The notes under the pieces: model-generated
Database searches by the model: none
The model's input: the letters and a program-made list of their open reading frames with translations, nothing else
Told to the model about the DNA's origin: nothing
Program-made: the position numbers and the translations under genes
Shown: in pieces, positions 36,488 through 47,900 of the stretch
Layout: each line of letters starts with the position of its first letter
Position numbering within the stretch: position 1 is the first letter of the stretch
NCBI GenBank assembly: GCA_002269645.1
Contig: NIVC01000100.1
Span: 496,001-560,000, forward strand
Reading direction: 5' to 3'
DNA: 64,000 bases
DNA from: Macrostomum lignano
Lineage: Eukaryota

Positions 36488-39400
36488 TTCACAGTTGCAA
36501 AAACAAGCTGTCTTGGCTGCTAAAGACGCGCGCCTCTGATGACGAAGTGCAAGTTGCCTGTGACGCTCTGTCAGACCTGCAGGACCTGGTCAGCGCCATC
36601 CAGGAAGAACTGCATCAAGGCTACGCCGACGCCAAGGACAACGAGAGGCGACAGCGCCTACGGGACGAATTGGAGGAGACGGAGCGCGACTATCAAGCTG
36701 CCATGCAGCGCGTCGAAAGTTCCAGAAACCGGGGATTGCAGCGCGCCCAAGAAGCTCCTGCCGCGAGTTCAAGCGGTGAGAACGCTGCGGGTGACCAAGA
36801 AGAAGCAGCTGGTGAGTTAGACAAACTTTCTGGCAGTGCTGCGTCCAGCAAAGGATCCAACCCGAAGGAGCTTTCAAAGGATTTGTGGAAGATGCTGAAG
36901 CGTGTTGAAATCCCAACGTTTAGTGGAGAAAAGCAGAAGTATGAAAACTGGAAGGCAGCCTTTGTTGCGTGCATCGACAGCGCCCCTGCAACACCAGAAT
37001 TCAAGTTGCTGCAGCTTAGGCAGACCTTAGCGGTGAAGCTTTGAAGGTTATAGAACATCTAGGACACTCCGCTGCTGCATATGAGGCTGCAAAAGAGAGA
37101 CTAGAGAGAGAATTTGGTGGGCAGCGTAGGCAACTTGCTCTGCACTTGGAAGAGCTGGACAGCTTCCCGATCGTACGGAATGGAAACGCCAAGGATCTGA
37201 AAAGCTTTGCTAATCTACTGGATGTGGCTGTCGTTAACCTTGAGGATGCGGGTAAAGAGGCAGAGCTTCAAGATGGAATGTTGTATGTGAGACTGCAGAA
37301 AAAGTTGCCTGAGCAGATGGTTACCAGCTACCGGAGGTGGATTTTCGAGCAGCGGAAGTCGGAGAGTGTTAGAAATCTGAGAATGGGTGCTGCAAGAAGC
37401 GGAGTTTCAGACTGAAGCGTCAGAGATTGTGCAGGGCGTTGCCACCATGCAGCAGGAGCGTCAAAAGCGAGAGCAGCGACCAAAGACTTTCGTTACTACG
37501 GACAGTGACAAGAAGGTACAGCGAAAGATTTGCATTGTTTGTCAAGGTGATCACGAGCTGTGGTCCTGCAGTGAGTTCAAGGAGCTTCTGGTGGAAAAAC
37601 GCTGGGACGCGGCGCAGAGCTCGAAGTGTTGTTTCCGGTGCTTGGGCCAAGGACATCTTGGCAGCCAATTTCGGCGCGGTCGTCGGTGCGGCATCAACAG
37701 CTGCACAAAGTTCCATCATCGCCTGCTTCATGCAGAAAAAGTGTTGGCCAAGTCTGGTGAAGCGAAGCAGACTGCATCCAAGGACGTTAAATCCGCTTCC
37801 AGTTCAGGAAAGACTGGACCGGTGACGCTTCTGTCAGCTGGTGAAACGGCAATCTCGTTACGAACGGTACCTGTAGTCCTACGGAACGGGTCCCGGAAGC
37901 TGAAGGTGAATGCCTTGCTCGACGATGCCAGTACCAGGAGCTACGTCAACATCGGGATAGCAGAAGCGCTTGGAGTGCATGGAGTGCTCGAAAAGGTGAA
38001 AGTCGGAGTCATCAACGGCCAAACAGAGACCTTCATGACAGCCCCAGTCTGCTTTAGCTTGGAAAGTCTGGATGGTCAGAACAGCTCAATGATCGTCGCC
38101 TTCACCGCTGATCACGTGACCGGGTCCCTCAAAGGCGTCGACTGGCACGAAGAAGCGCAGCAGTGGCCTCATCTGAGAAATGTGCCGTTTCCGAAGCTGT
38201 GTGAGCCTGCAGTAGTGGACTTGCTGATTGGTGCTGATCACCCGGATCTTCACGTTTCCTTCAAGGAAATCGTCGGACAGCCGCTGGAGCCAAAGGCGCG
38301 CCTGACTCCCCTGGGTTGGACGTGCATCGGTCGCACAGAGCAGGACAATTCTGAGATGCAGAACGCCCATTTTGCTGCCACTTTCTTCAGCTGCGATTCC
38401 GAATCTGGTCAGGTGGCTAAGATCCTGCGGCAGTTTTGGGAGATCGAGAACGTCTCAGAAGGTGCCAATCGAAGTCCGCTGACCGCCGATAAGGAGAGAG
38501 CCGTCCAGCAAGCCAAGTCGTCGCTGAAGTACATGAAGGGCCGTTACCAGATCGGGATTCCATGGAAAAAGGATTGGCTGGCTCCAGCAGGCACTTTCTC
38601 AATGGCCTTGAAGCGACTAAAGAACACCGAACAGCGGCTGATTAAGGATGTGCACGTCTGCAGGCAGTATCAGGAGATCCTTGAAAAGTATGAACAGCAA
38701 GGGTATATCCGAAAAGTGTCGCAAGCTGAGACTGAATGCCACTGTTTCCTGCCGCACTTCCCAGTGCTGCGGCTAGACAAGGCTACAACAAAAGTGCGGA
38801 TAGTCTTTGATGCATCGGCTGCCAGATTGAACGAGCAGATCCTCCAGGGCCCCAAACTGCAGAGGGATTTGGTTGACGTGCTGCTTCGGTTCCGCCGACA
38901 ACCGATTGCGATCGCATGCGACGTATCTCCAGATCGAGATGGACCCGAAGGACAGGCCGCTGCACAGTTTCCTTTGGCGGGACGCCGATCCTTCAAAGCA
39001 ACCGGATGTCTACGAGTTCAACAGAGTGGTGTTCGGCGTCAACAGCTCTCCTTTCTTGGCGCAGTTGGTTACCCGTTGCCATGCTGAAAAATTAAAAGGT
39101 GAGCTTCCAGAGGTGGCCCAAACAGTACTGCACTCTACCTATATGGATGACAGCCTGGACTCTGCGCCCACCGAGGCAGCCGCCTGCAGGCTGTGCGATC
39201 AACTCAGTGAGCTCTTGAGGCGCGCCGGCATGCCGCCTGAAGACCGTGCAGCAGAAGTTACCTTGGACAGCAAAGAACTACCGAGTGCCAAGACGCTGCG
39301 TATCACGTGGCAGAGTGAGCAGGACGAATTTACTTTTAAAGACGAAAACCAGTCGTATCATGTGACCACAAGAAGGAGTCTGCTGACAAAGCTAGCGAGC

Positions 39401-40290
39401 GTCTTTGATCCACTTGGACTGATCTCCCCGTTTGTCGTGCAGGTGAAGATTCTGATGCAGGTGAAGATTCTGATGCAGGTGAAGATTCTGATGCAGGTGA
39501 AGATTCTGATGCAGGTGAAGATTCTGATGCAGGTGAAGATTCTGATGCAGGTGAAGATTCTGATGCAGGTGAAGATTCTGATGCAGGTGAAGATTCTGAT
39601 GCAGGTGAAGATTCTGATGCAGGTGAAGATTCTGATGCAGGTGAAGATTCTGATGCAGGTGAAGATTCTGATGCAGGTGAAGATTCTGATGCAGGTGAAG
39701 ATTCTGATGCAGGTGAAGATTCTGATGCAGGTGAAGATTCTGATGCAGGTGAAGATTCTGATGCAGGAGCTTTGGCAGTCAATCTGGTCAATTCTGAGGG
39801 AGACGGAAGTCATCGATGAGGAGCTGCTAAGCGCGTTTGCTGGAGCGGAGGCACTTCTGAATTCAAGGCCGCTGACGTACCAGACGGCGCATCCGGGTGA
39901 TGATGTGCCGCTGACGCCAAATCACTTCCTCATCCGGCAAGTCGGCGGGAAGTTTGCACCGGAGGTCGACGCTGCCATCGCCCGCAGTCCTTCAAGAAGA
40001 TGGCGTCACGTTCAGCAGCTGGTGTCGCAGATCTGGCGCCGGTGGTGGCGCGAGTGGCTGCCGGGACTCGCACCGCGGAGCAAGTGGCGCCGCGAGCTGC
40101 CTGACCGGCAACCTGGAGATGTGGCGCTGCTGGTGAGCCCCGACTCGCCTCGGGGTCACTGGCCGCTGGCTCGCGTGCTGGACGTCATGCGCGGTCCAGA
40201 CGGGCACGTGAGAGTCGCCACAATCAGAGTTGGTGAATCGCACAATGACGAGACCAATAACAAAGTTGTGTCCAATATCTGTAGGTTAGT
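36488..40290 (+). pseudogene. BEL/Pao gag-pol remnant (frameshifted, internally deleted)
   Basis: KRVEIPTFSGEKQKYENWKAAF (Pao gag); three Cys/His knuckles; ALLDDAS protease; FLPHFPVLRLDKATTKVRIVFDAS and YMDD RT; [13 protein letters not shown] RNase H start; jump to AEALLNSRPLT/LTPNHFL..RWRHVQ..WRRW integrase C-terminus; RPITKLCP in a shifted frame near 40270. Frameshifts near 37040, 37385 and 38925. Confidence 0.92.
39443..39766 (+). repeat. 18 perfect copies of GTGAAGATTCTGATGCAG (VKILMQ) inside the Pao RNase H region
   Basis: 324 bp = 18 x 18 bp, in frame. Confidence 0.97.
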
Positions 40291-40871
40291 TTGCGAACCT
40301 TTGCTAGAGAATTAGACTTTGTCAGGTTTTGCAATTTTTCTGATGAGTTTTTCAATTTTCCTGTTTTTTGCATTGTTCGTATTGTCTTTTTTCTCTTTCC
40401 AGCTAATAGGATTCACCCTGTTTAGCAGTCATAACCCAATTTTCGTTTTCAGTGTTCAACGCGATTAACATTCATTATTTAGTTATTTATTTTCTTGCGT
40501 GAATTTTTGCTGAAGTTCATTACGGTCGTTACGGTTTATTGAATTTGTCGGCAAGTTTGTCTTTTGTGCTTTTTTTAGTTTTTTTACGAGCGATGTTGGC
40601 ATTCTTTGAGTTCTACTTATTGCTTTATTTTGTTCGCTTAGAGGTACTACAGTTTTTGCACTAGTTACGACCTTTTGATAGTCCAATGCTTACAATTATT
40701 GTTTCAGTTGCGTTTGGTGGCGGAAGTCTGCGTTCGTGTTCAATTTTGAATTTTTCTTTATAGCTGACGTACTTTTGCAAAATTTTCGATTTTCGAATAC
40801 TTTTCTAATATTCGTTTCTTTTTCATCCCGTCATCCCTCGAATAGTTTTTTGTCATTGTTATTTTTGTCAT

Positions 40872-41120
40872 ACTTATTGATTTTCTATCCATTGCATGAT
40901 TTAATGTACTGCTTTATTCAGTGTACGCTGGTCTAGCCCAGGCCCATTTCACCCACCCCCACCGCTGGCTGATATTCTGGCTGACTGCAAATAAATATAT
41001 CATCGAGAGGGCTTGCGGGCCCTGTGTACGGTTTACGGTTTTCGTTTTGTTAGCGTCTCGCTTGAGCCTCAGCTCCAAAATAGTTTGGCGGACCATCGGT
41101 CTGTTCATTTCTACAGTACA
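40872..41120 (+). repeat. 3' LTR of BEL/Pao element (5'-truncated)
   Basis: Near-identical to 29932-30185 (small indels); ends in CA followed by TSD GGGCC. Confidence 0.82.
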
Positions 41121-41516
41121 GGGCCACCCCTTAAAAATGCAAGTCACCATGGCACTGCAATTATTGGGACGGCATTTAAAAACAGGATAGTTTCGGTCAA
41201 ATTTTCCAGTGTATTGAATAAAAACCTTTTTAGAGACAGTCCAGAGAAAATAAGAGTTATTTTTTCAAAGGGTTGGTTTTGAATGAAACCATTTAAGCAA
41301 AGAAGTTAAAAAACTCTCTTTGTTTTACATTATTAAATAGCGGTTTTTAATAAGCGTAAAAAGTTAGAAAAAACTTTAAGATAGGGGGAATATTATTGAC
41401 TTATAAGACTAGTAAATATCGATTCTCTTGATATTGACTTGAAGGTTGAACAAAATAAAAGTACATTTTCCTACTGAAAAAGGCTGATTTTAGGTCAAAG
41501 CATAAATATTGCATTT

Positions 41517-41874
41517 TTTTTATTAGAGGCAGGGGGGTTGTGTGCACCCTGGCGCACTTTAAGCGACATAGGCACACAACCGGCGAGAGGCATTGCTGCC
41601 CATTCCGCCGACTCCCCTGAGCAGGCACACAAGCGCGCGGATACGTACGCAGGCACACACTCACACAGGAGTGTACAGCGGCCCTAACTTTATTTTATCG
41701 TTAGGCATGTACACTTCACTGCGCCTTGGGGGGTTGGCTCTCAAGGCCGTTAATTGCACGAGCAGAGCCAAGCCGAGATTCCAATTCAGCCCCAAATTAA
41801 TGTGACTGCACTTGGAATCGAGCCTGGGTCGCTGGCACACCAGAGCCTGCGCTACCGCTGGGCTACGCCCCCTT
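41517..41874 (-). mobile_element. tRNA-derived SINE (~360 bp)
   Basis: Minus-strand head GGGGCGTAGCCCAGCGGTAGCGC...CCAGGCTCGATTCC (box A TAGCCCAGCGG, box B-like GGCTCGATTCC); 3' AATAAAAAAAA tail; TSD ATAAATATTGCATTT at 41502-41516 and 41875-41889; absent from the homologous left arm. Confidence 0.82.
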
Positions 41875-41988
41875 ATAAATATTGCATTTGATTATGATTG
41901 ATATTTATGGCCTACTGACAGAAATGCTCGATTTGTAAAGACAACTCAACAGCACAGACCACACAGGTGAACCCGGTCTGTCTCAGTT

Positions 41989-44900
41989 TCTGTAGCTGGC
42001 CCCCCTCTGTAGCTGGCCTCTGTAGCTGGCGCCCCCTCTGTAGCTGGCCTCTGTAGCTAGCGCCCCTCTGTAGCTGGCCTCTGTAGCTGGCGCCCCTCTG
42101 TAGCTGGCCTCTGTAGCTGGCGCCCCCTCTGTCCCCCTCTGTAGCTAGCGCCCCCTCTGTCCCCCTCTGTAGCTGGCACCCCTCTGTAGCTGGCGCCCCT
42201 CTGTAGCTGGCGCCCCTCTGTAGCTGGCGCCCCTCTGTAGCTGGCGTCTCCTCTGTAGCTGGCGCCCCTCTGTAGCTGGCGCCCCTCTGTAGCTGGCGCC
42301 CCTCTGTAGCTGGCGCCCCTCTGTAGCTGGCGCCCCTCTGTAGCTGGCGCCCCTCTGTAGCTGGCGCCCCTCTGTAGCTGGCGCCCCCTCTGTAGCTGGC
42401 GCCCCGCTCTGTAGCTGGCGTCCCCTCTGTAGCTGGCGCCCCGCTCTGTAGCTGGCGCCCCCTCTGTCCCCCTCTGTAGCTGGCGCCCCCTCTGTCCCCC
42501 TCTGTAGCTGGCGCCCCTCTGTAGCTGGCGTCTCCTCTGTAGCTGGCGCCCCTCTGTAGCTGGCGTCTCCTCTGTAGCTGGCGCCCCTCTGTAGCTGGCG
42601 CCCCTCTGTAGCTGGCGCCCCTCTGTAGCTGGCGCCACCTCTGTAGCTGGCGCCCCCTTTGTAGCTGGCCTCTGTAGCTGGCGCCCCCTCTGTAGCTGGC
42701 CTCTGTAGCTGGCGCCCCCTCTGTAGCTGGTGCCCCGCTCTGTAGCTGGCGCCCCTCTGTAGCTGGCGTCTCCTCTGTAGCTGGCGCCCCTCTGTAGCTG
42801 GTGCCCCTCTGTAGCTGGCGCCCCTCTGTAGCTGGCGCCCCTCTGTAGCTGGCGCCCCTCTGTAGCTGGCGCCCCTCTGTAGCTGGCGCCCCCTCTGTAG
42901 CTGGCCTCTGTAGCTGGCGCCCCCTCTGTAGCTGGCGCCCCCCTCTGTAGCTGGCGTCTCCTCTGTAGCTGGCGCCCCTCTGTAGCTGGCGTCTCCTCTG
43001 TAGCTGGCGCCCCTCTGTAGCTGGCGTCTCCTCTGTAGCTGGCGCCCCTCTGTAGCTGGCGCCCCTCTGTAGCTGGCGCCCCTCTGTAGCTGGCGCCACC
43101 TCTGTAGCTGGCGCCCCCTCTGTAGCTGGCGCCCCCTTTGTAGCTGGCCTCTGTAGCTGGCGCCCCCTCTGTAGCTGGCGCCCCCTCTGTAGCTGGCGCC
43201 CCCTCTGTAGCTGGCCTCTGTAGCTGGCGCCCCTTCTGTAGCTGGCGCCCCTCTGTAGCTGGCGTCTCCTCTGTAGCTGGCGCCCCTCTGTAGCTGGCGC
43301 CCCCTCTGTAGCTGGCGCCCCCTCTGTAGCTGGCGCCCCCTCTGTAGCTGGTGCCCCGCTCTGTAGCTGGCGCCCCTCTGTAGCTGGCGTCTCCTCTGTA
43401 GCTGGCGCCCCTCTGTAGCTGGTGCCCCTCTGTAGCTGGCGCCCCTCTGTAGCTGGCGCCCCTCTGTAGCTGGCGCCCCCTCTGTAGCTGGCGCCCCCTC
43501 TGTAGCTGGCCTCTGTAGCTGGCGCCCCCTCTGTAGCTGGCGCCCCCCTCTGTAGCTGGCGTCTCCTCTGTAGCTGGCGCCCCTCTGTAGCTGGCGTCTC
43601 CTCTGTAGCTGGCGCCCCTCTGTAGCTGGCGCCCCTCTGTAGCTGGCGCCCCCTCTGTAGCTGGCGCCCCTCTGTAGCTGGCGCTCCGCTCTGTAGCTGG
43701 CGTCCCCTCTGTAGCTGGCGCCCCCTCTGTAGCTGGCGCCCCCCTCTGTAGCTGGCCTCTGTAGCTGGCGCCCCCTCTGTAGCTGGCGCCCCCTCTGTAG
43801 CTGGCCTCTGTAGCTGGCGCCCCCTCTGTAGCTGGCGCCCCCTCTGTAGCTGGCGTCTCCTCTGTAGCTGGCGCCCCTCTGTAGCTGGCGTCTCCTCTGT
43901 AGCTGGCGCCCCTCTGTAGCTGGCGCCCCTCTGTAGCTGGCGCCCCTCTGTAGCTGGCGCCCCCTCTGTAGCTGGCGCCCCCTCTGTAGCTGGTGCCCCG
44001 CTCTGTAGCTGGCGCCCCCTCTGTAGCTGGCCTCTGTAGCTGGCGCCCCGCTCTGTAGCTGGTGCCCCTCTGTAGCTGGCGCCCCTCTGTAGCTGGCGCC
44101 CCTCTGTAGCTGGCGCCCCCTCTGTAGCTGGCGCCCCCTCTGTAGCTGGCCTCTGTAGCTGGCGCCCCCTCTGTAGCTGGCCTCTGTAGCTGGCGCCCCC
44201 TCTGTAGCTGGCGCCCCCCTCTGTAGCTGGCGTCTCCTCTGTAGCTGGCGCCCCTCTGTAGCTGGCGCCCCCTCTGTAGCTGGCGCCCCCCTCTGTAGCT
44301 GGCGTCTCCTCTGTAGCTGGCGCCCCTCTGTAGCTGGCGTCTCCTCTGTAGCTGGCGCCCCTCTGTAGCTGGCGCCCCTCTGTAGCTGGCGCCCCTCTGT
44401 AGCTGGCGCCCCCTCTGTAGCTGGCGCCCCCTCTGTAGCTGGCGCTCCGCTCTGTAGCTGGCGTCCCCTCTGTAGCTGGCGCCCCGCTCTGTAGCTGGCG
44501 CCCCCCTCTGTAGCTGGCCTCTGTAGCTGGCGCCCCCTCTGTAGCTGGCGCCCCCTCTGTAGCTGGCGCTCCGCTCTGTAGCTGGCGTCCCCTCTGTAGC
44601 TGGCGCCCCGCTCTGTAGCTGGCGCCCCCCTCTGTAGCTGGCCTCTGTAGCTGGCGCCCCCTCTGTAGCTGGCGCCCCCCTCTGTAGCTGGCGTCTCCTC
44701 TGTAGCTGGCGCCCCTCTGTAGCTGGCGTCTCCTCTGTAGTTGGCGCCCCTCTGTAGCTGGCGCCCCTCTGTAGCTGGCGCCCCCTCTGTAGCTGGCGCT
44801 CCGCTCTTTAGCTGGCGTCCCCTCCGTAGCTGGCGCCCCGCTCTGTAGCTGGCGCCCCCCTCTGTAGCTGGCGCCCCCTCTGTCCCCCTCTGTAGCTGGC

Positions 44901-47900
44901 GTCTCCTCTGTAGCTGGCGCCCCGCTCTGTAGCTGGCGCCCCTCTGTAGCTGGCGTCTCCTCTGTAGCTGGCGCCCCTCTGTAGCTGGCGCCCCTCTGTA
45001 GCTGGCGCCCCCTCTGTAGCTGGCGCCCCCTCTGTAGCTGGCGCCCCTCTGTAGCTGGCGCCACCTCTGTAGCTGGCGCCCCCTCTGTAGCTGGCGCCCC
45101 CTTTGTAGCTGGCCTCTGTAGCTGGCGCCCCCTCTGTAGCTGGCGCCCCCTCTGTAGCTGGCCTCTGTAGCTGGCGCCCCCTCTGTAGCTGGCGCCCCGC
45201 TCTGTAGCTGGCGCCCCTCTGTAGCTGGCGTCTCCTCTGTAGCTGGCGCCCCTCTGTAGCTGACGCCCCTCTGTAGCTGGCGCCCCTCTGTAGCTGGCGC
45301 CCCTCTGTAGCTGGCGCCCCTCTCTGTAGCTGGCCTCTGTAGCTGGCGCCCCCTCTGTAGCTGGCGCCCCCCTCTGTAGCTGGCGTCTCCTCTGTAGCTG
45401 GCGCCCCTCTGTAGCTGGCGTCTCCTCTGTAGCTGGCGCCCCTCTGTAGCTGGCGCCCCTCTGTAGCTGGCGCCCCTCTGTAGCTGGCGCCCCCTCTGTA
45501 GCTGGCGCTCCGCTCTGTAGCTGGCGTCCCCTCTGTAGCTGGCGCCCCGCTCTGTAGCTGGCGCCCCCCTCTGTAGCTGGCCTCTGTAGCTGGCGCCCCC
45601 TCTGTAGCTAGCGCCCCCTCTGTAGCTGGCGCTCCGCTCTGTAGCTGGCGTCCCCTCTGTAGCTGGCGCCCCCTCTGTAGCTGGCGCCCCCTCTGTAGCT
45701 GGCGCCCCCCTCTGTAGCTGGCCTCTGTAGCTGGCGCCCCCCTCTGTAGCTGGCCTCTGTAGCTGGCGCCCCCTCTGTAGCTGGCGCCCCCCTCTGTAGC
45801 TGGCGTCTCCTCTGTAGCTGGCGCCCCTCTGTAGCTGGCGTCTCCTCTGTAGCTGGCGCCCCTCTGTAGCTGGCGCCCCCTCTGTAGCTGGCGCCCCTCT
45901 GTAGCTGGCGCCCCCTCTGTAGCTGGCGCTCCGCTCTTTAGCTGGCGTCCCCTCTGTAGCTGGCGCCCCGCTCTGTAGCTGGCGCCCCCTCTGTCCCCCT
46001 CTGTAGCTGGCGCCCCCTCTGTCCCCCTCTGTAGCTGACGCCCCTCTGTAGCTGGCGCCCCTCTGTAGCTGGCGCCCCTCTGTAGCTGGCGCCCCTCTGT
46101 AGCTGGCGCCCCCTCTGTAGCTGGCGCCCCTCTGTAGCTGGCGCCACCTCTGTAGCTGGCGCCCCCTCTGTAGCTGGCGCCCCCTTTGTAGCTGGCCTCT
46201 GTAGCTGGCGCCCCCTCTGTAGCTGGCGCCCCCACTGTAGCTGGCGCCCCCACTGTAGCTGGCCTCTGTAGCTGGCGCCCCCTCTGTAGCTGGCGCCCCG
46301 CTCTGTAGCTGGCGCCCCTCTGTAGCTGGCGTCTCCTCTGTAGCTGGCGCCCCTCTGTAGCTGGTGCCCCTCTGTAGCTGGCGCCCCTCTGTAGCTGGCG
46401 CCCCTCTGTAGCTGGCGCCCCTCTCTGTAGCTGGCCTCTGTAGCTGGCGCCCCCTCTGTAGCTGGCGCCCCCCTCTGTAGCTGGCGTCTCCTCTGTAGCT
46501 GGCGCCCCTCTGTAGCTGGCGTCTCCTCTGTAGCTGGCGCCCCTCTGTAGCTGGCGCCCCTCTGTAGCTGGCGCCCCTCTGTAGCTGGCGCCCCCTCTGT
46601 AGCTGGCGCCCCCTCTGTAGCTGGCGCTCCGCTCTGTAGCTGGCGCCCCGCTCTGTAGCTGGCGCCCCCTCTGTCCCCCTCTGTAGCTGGCGCCCCCTCT
46701 GTCCCCCTCTGTAGCTGGCGCCCCTCTGTAGCTGGCGTCTCCTCTGTAGCTGGCGCCCCTCTGTAGCTGGCGTCTCCTCTGTAGCTGGCGCCCCTCTGTA
46801 GCTGGCGCCCCTCTGTAGCTGGCGCCCCTCTGTAGCTGGCGCCACCTCTGTAGCTGGCGCCCCCTTTGTAGCTGGCCTCTGTAGCTGGCGCCCCCTCTGT
46901 AGCTGGCCTCTGTAGCTGGCGCCCCCTCTGTAGCTGGTGCCCCGCTCTGTAGCTGGCGCCCCTCTGTAGCTGGCGTCTCCTCTGTAGCTGGCGCCCCTCT
47001 GTAGCTGGTGCCCCTCTGTAGCTGGCGCCCCTCTGTAGCTGGCGCCCCTCTGTAGCTGGCGCCCCCTTTGTAGCTGGCCTCTGTAGCTGGCGCCCCCTCT
47101 GTAGCTGGCGCCCCCTCTGTAGCTGGCCTCTGTAGCTGGCGCCCCCTCTGTAGCTGGCGCCCCGCTCTGTAGCTGGCGCCCCTCTGTAGCTGGCGTCTCC
47201 TCTGTAGCTGGCGCCCCTCTGTAGCTGGTGCCCCTCTGTAGCTGGCGCCCCTCTGTAGCTGGCGCCCCTCTGTAGCTGGCGCCCCTCTCTGTAGCTGGCC
47301 TCTGTAGCTGGCGCCCCCTCTGTAGCTGGCGCCCCCCTCTGTAGCTGGCGTCTCCTCTGTAGCTGGCGCCCCTCTGTAGCTGGCGTCTCCTCTGTAGCTG
47401 GCGCCCCTCTGTAGCTGGCGCCCCTCTGTAGCTGGCGCCCCCTCTGTAGCTGGCGCCCCTCTGTAGCTGGCGCCCCCTCTGTAGCTGGCGCTCCGCTCTG
47501 TAGCTGGCGTCCCCTCTGTAGCTGGCGCCCCGCTCTGTAGCTGGCGCCCCTCTGTAGCTGGCCTCTGTAGCTGGCGCCCCTCTGTAGCTAGCGCCCCTCT
47601 GTAGCTGGCGCTCCGCTCTGTAGCTGGCGTCCCCTCTGTAGCTGGCGCCCCGCTCTGTAGCTGGCGCCCCCCTCTGTAGCTGGCCTCTGTAGCTGGCGCC
47701 CCCTCTGTAGCTGGCGCCCCCCTCTGTAGCTGGCGTCTCCTCTGTAGCTGGCGCCCCTCTGTAGCTGGCGTCTCCTCTGTAGCTGGCGCCCCTCTGTAGC
47801 TGGCGCCCCCTCTGTAGCTGGCGCCCCTCTGTAGCTGGCGCCCCTCTGTAGCTGGCGCTCCGCTCTTTAGCTGGCGTCCCCTCTGTAGCTGGCGCCCCGC

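Larger units (their letters stand above)
29911..41120 (+). mobile_element. Degenerate BEL/Pao LTR retrotransposon with nested insertions
   Basis: TG...CA ends and GGGCC TSD (29906-29910, 41121-41125). Direct repeats 29932-30185 and 40872-41120. Removing the element restores homology to the left duplication arm (~23290-23330). Contains Pao gag/PR/RT/RNaseH/IN-C-terminal motifs. Confidence 0.88.
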
